Below are positions 63,564 through 64,000 of a stretch of 64,000 nt of DNA, piece by piece. The position numbers were made by a program, and so were the translations under genes. Every line of letters begins with the position of its first letter. Within the stretch, counting starts at the first letter, position 1. The notes under the pieces are model-generated. The model made no database searches. It was not told the origin of the DNA and saw only the letters and a list, made by a program, of their open reading frames with translations. The stretch comes from Lingula anatina (lineage: Eukaryota > Animalia > Brachiopoda): the NCBI GenBank assembly GCA_051362555.1, contig CM120643.1, positions 16,496,848 to 16,560,847 on the forward strand, written 5' to 3'.

Positions 63564-64000
63564 TAATTAATATAATTGTAGAAACTGTGTTATAGTAAGT
63601 CCAGATCTTCACCATTATCTTAATTTTTAAAACACAAACATACCAATTTATTAAAAAACGTCCCAGTTGTTATTACAAATAATTGTAACAATTAATCTGT
63701 AAATTGATACTGAAATTAGATCTTTGATTTTTTTCACACATCTTGCAGGTGGCCCTGAGAAATTGCAGACAAACTTTTACCTTAAAGTTGACAATGAGGA
63801 AGGATGCCTAAAACACAAGAATCAGCCATATTTGTTCTACTGCGCCACCCACAAAACCCTTGCTTGCCAAGCGTGCACCATTTTAGACCACAAGGAGTCC
63901 AAGCAGTGCGACCTGCAAGACCTTGAGCCAGCATTGAAAGCAACAAAAATGAGACTTAGAGAAAAACTTAGTGTTTTACAGACCAAGAAGGGTCACCAGA
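63239..64000 (+). CDS. TRIM-like E3 ligase (RING, B-box, start of coiled coil), truncated by the window end
   Basis: Exon 63239-63431 encodes a C3HC4 RING (CPVC...PKFLSCHHTVCLMC...CPVCR). Exon 63749->64000 continues in frame as GGPEKLQTNFY...CLKH...FYCATHKTLACQACTILDHKESKQC, a type 2-like B-box, then a heptad-like helix. Confidence 0.88.
63531..63562. repeat. (TG)n microsatellite
   Basis: Directly visible in TRIM intron 1. Confidence 0.95.

Overview
AT-rich, intron-containing animal genomic DNA. The repeat families suggest a mollusc or other lophotrochozoan, which is an inference. Seven protein-coding genes are present, plus one gene fragment. Rotatin (RTTN, minus strand, about 30 exons) runs off the left edge and is head-to-head with a 4-exon ankyrin/SOCS-box gene. 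ASTE1 (asteroid homolog, XPG/PIN nuclease, minus) is head-to-head with a second ankyrin/SOCS-box gene whose CDS is a single exon. Two tandem HSDL2-like short-chain dehydrogenases follow, with a decayed third fragment, and the 5' part of a RING/B-box TRIM gene closes the window. About 20 kb is non-autonomous Helentron-type (HINE) elements from three families. The main family (7546-16141, and 35154-42012 with a second copy nested at 36502-40451) carries arrays of a 146-bp monomer packed with nuclear-receptor response-element consensus motifs. The most notable observations are these mobile nuclear-receptor motif arrays and an intact SDR paralog that has lost three of four catalytic residues and swapped its targeting signal. 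Also notable are clean nested insertions with empty sites inside the window, a template-switch palindrome, and a possible shared first exon for the ASB and SDR genes. All calls were made by eye, without database searches.
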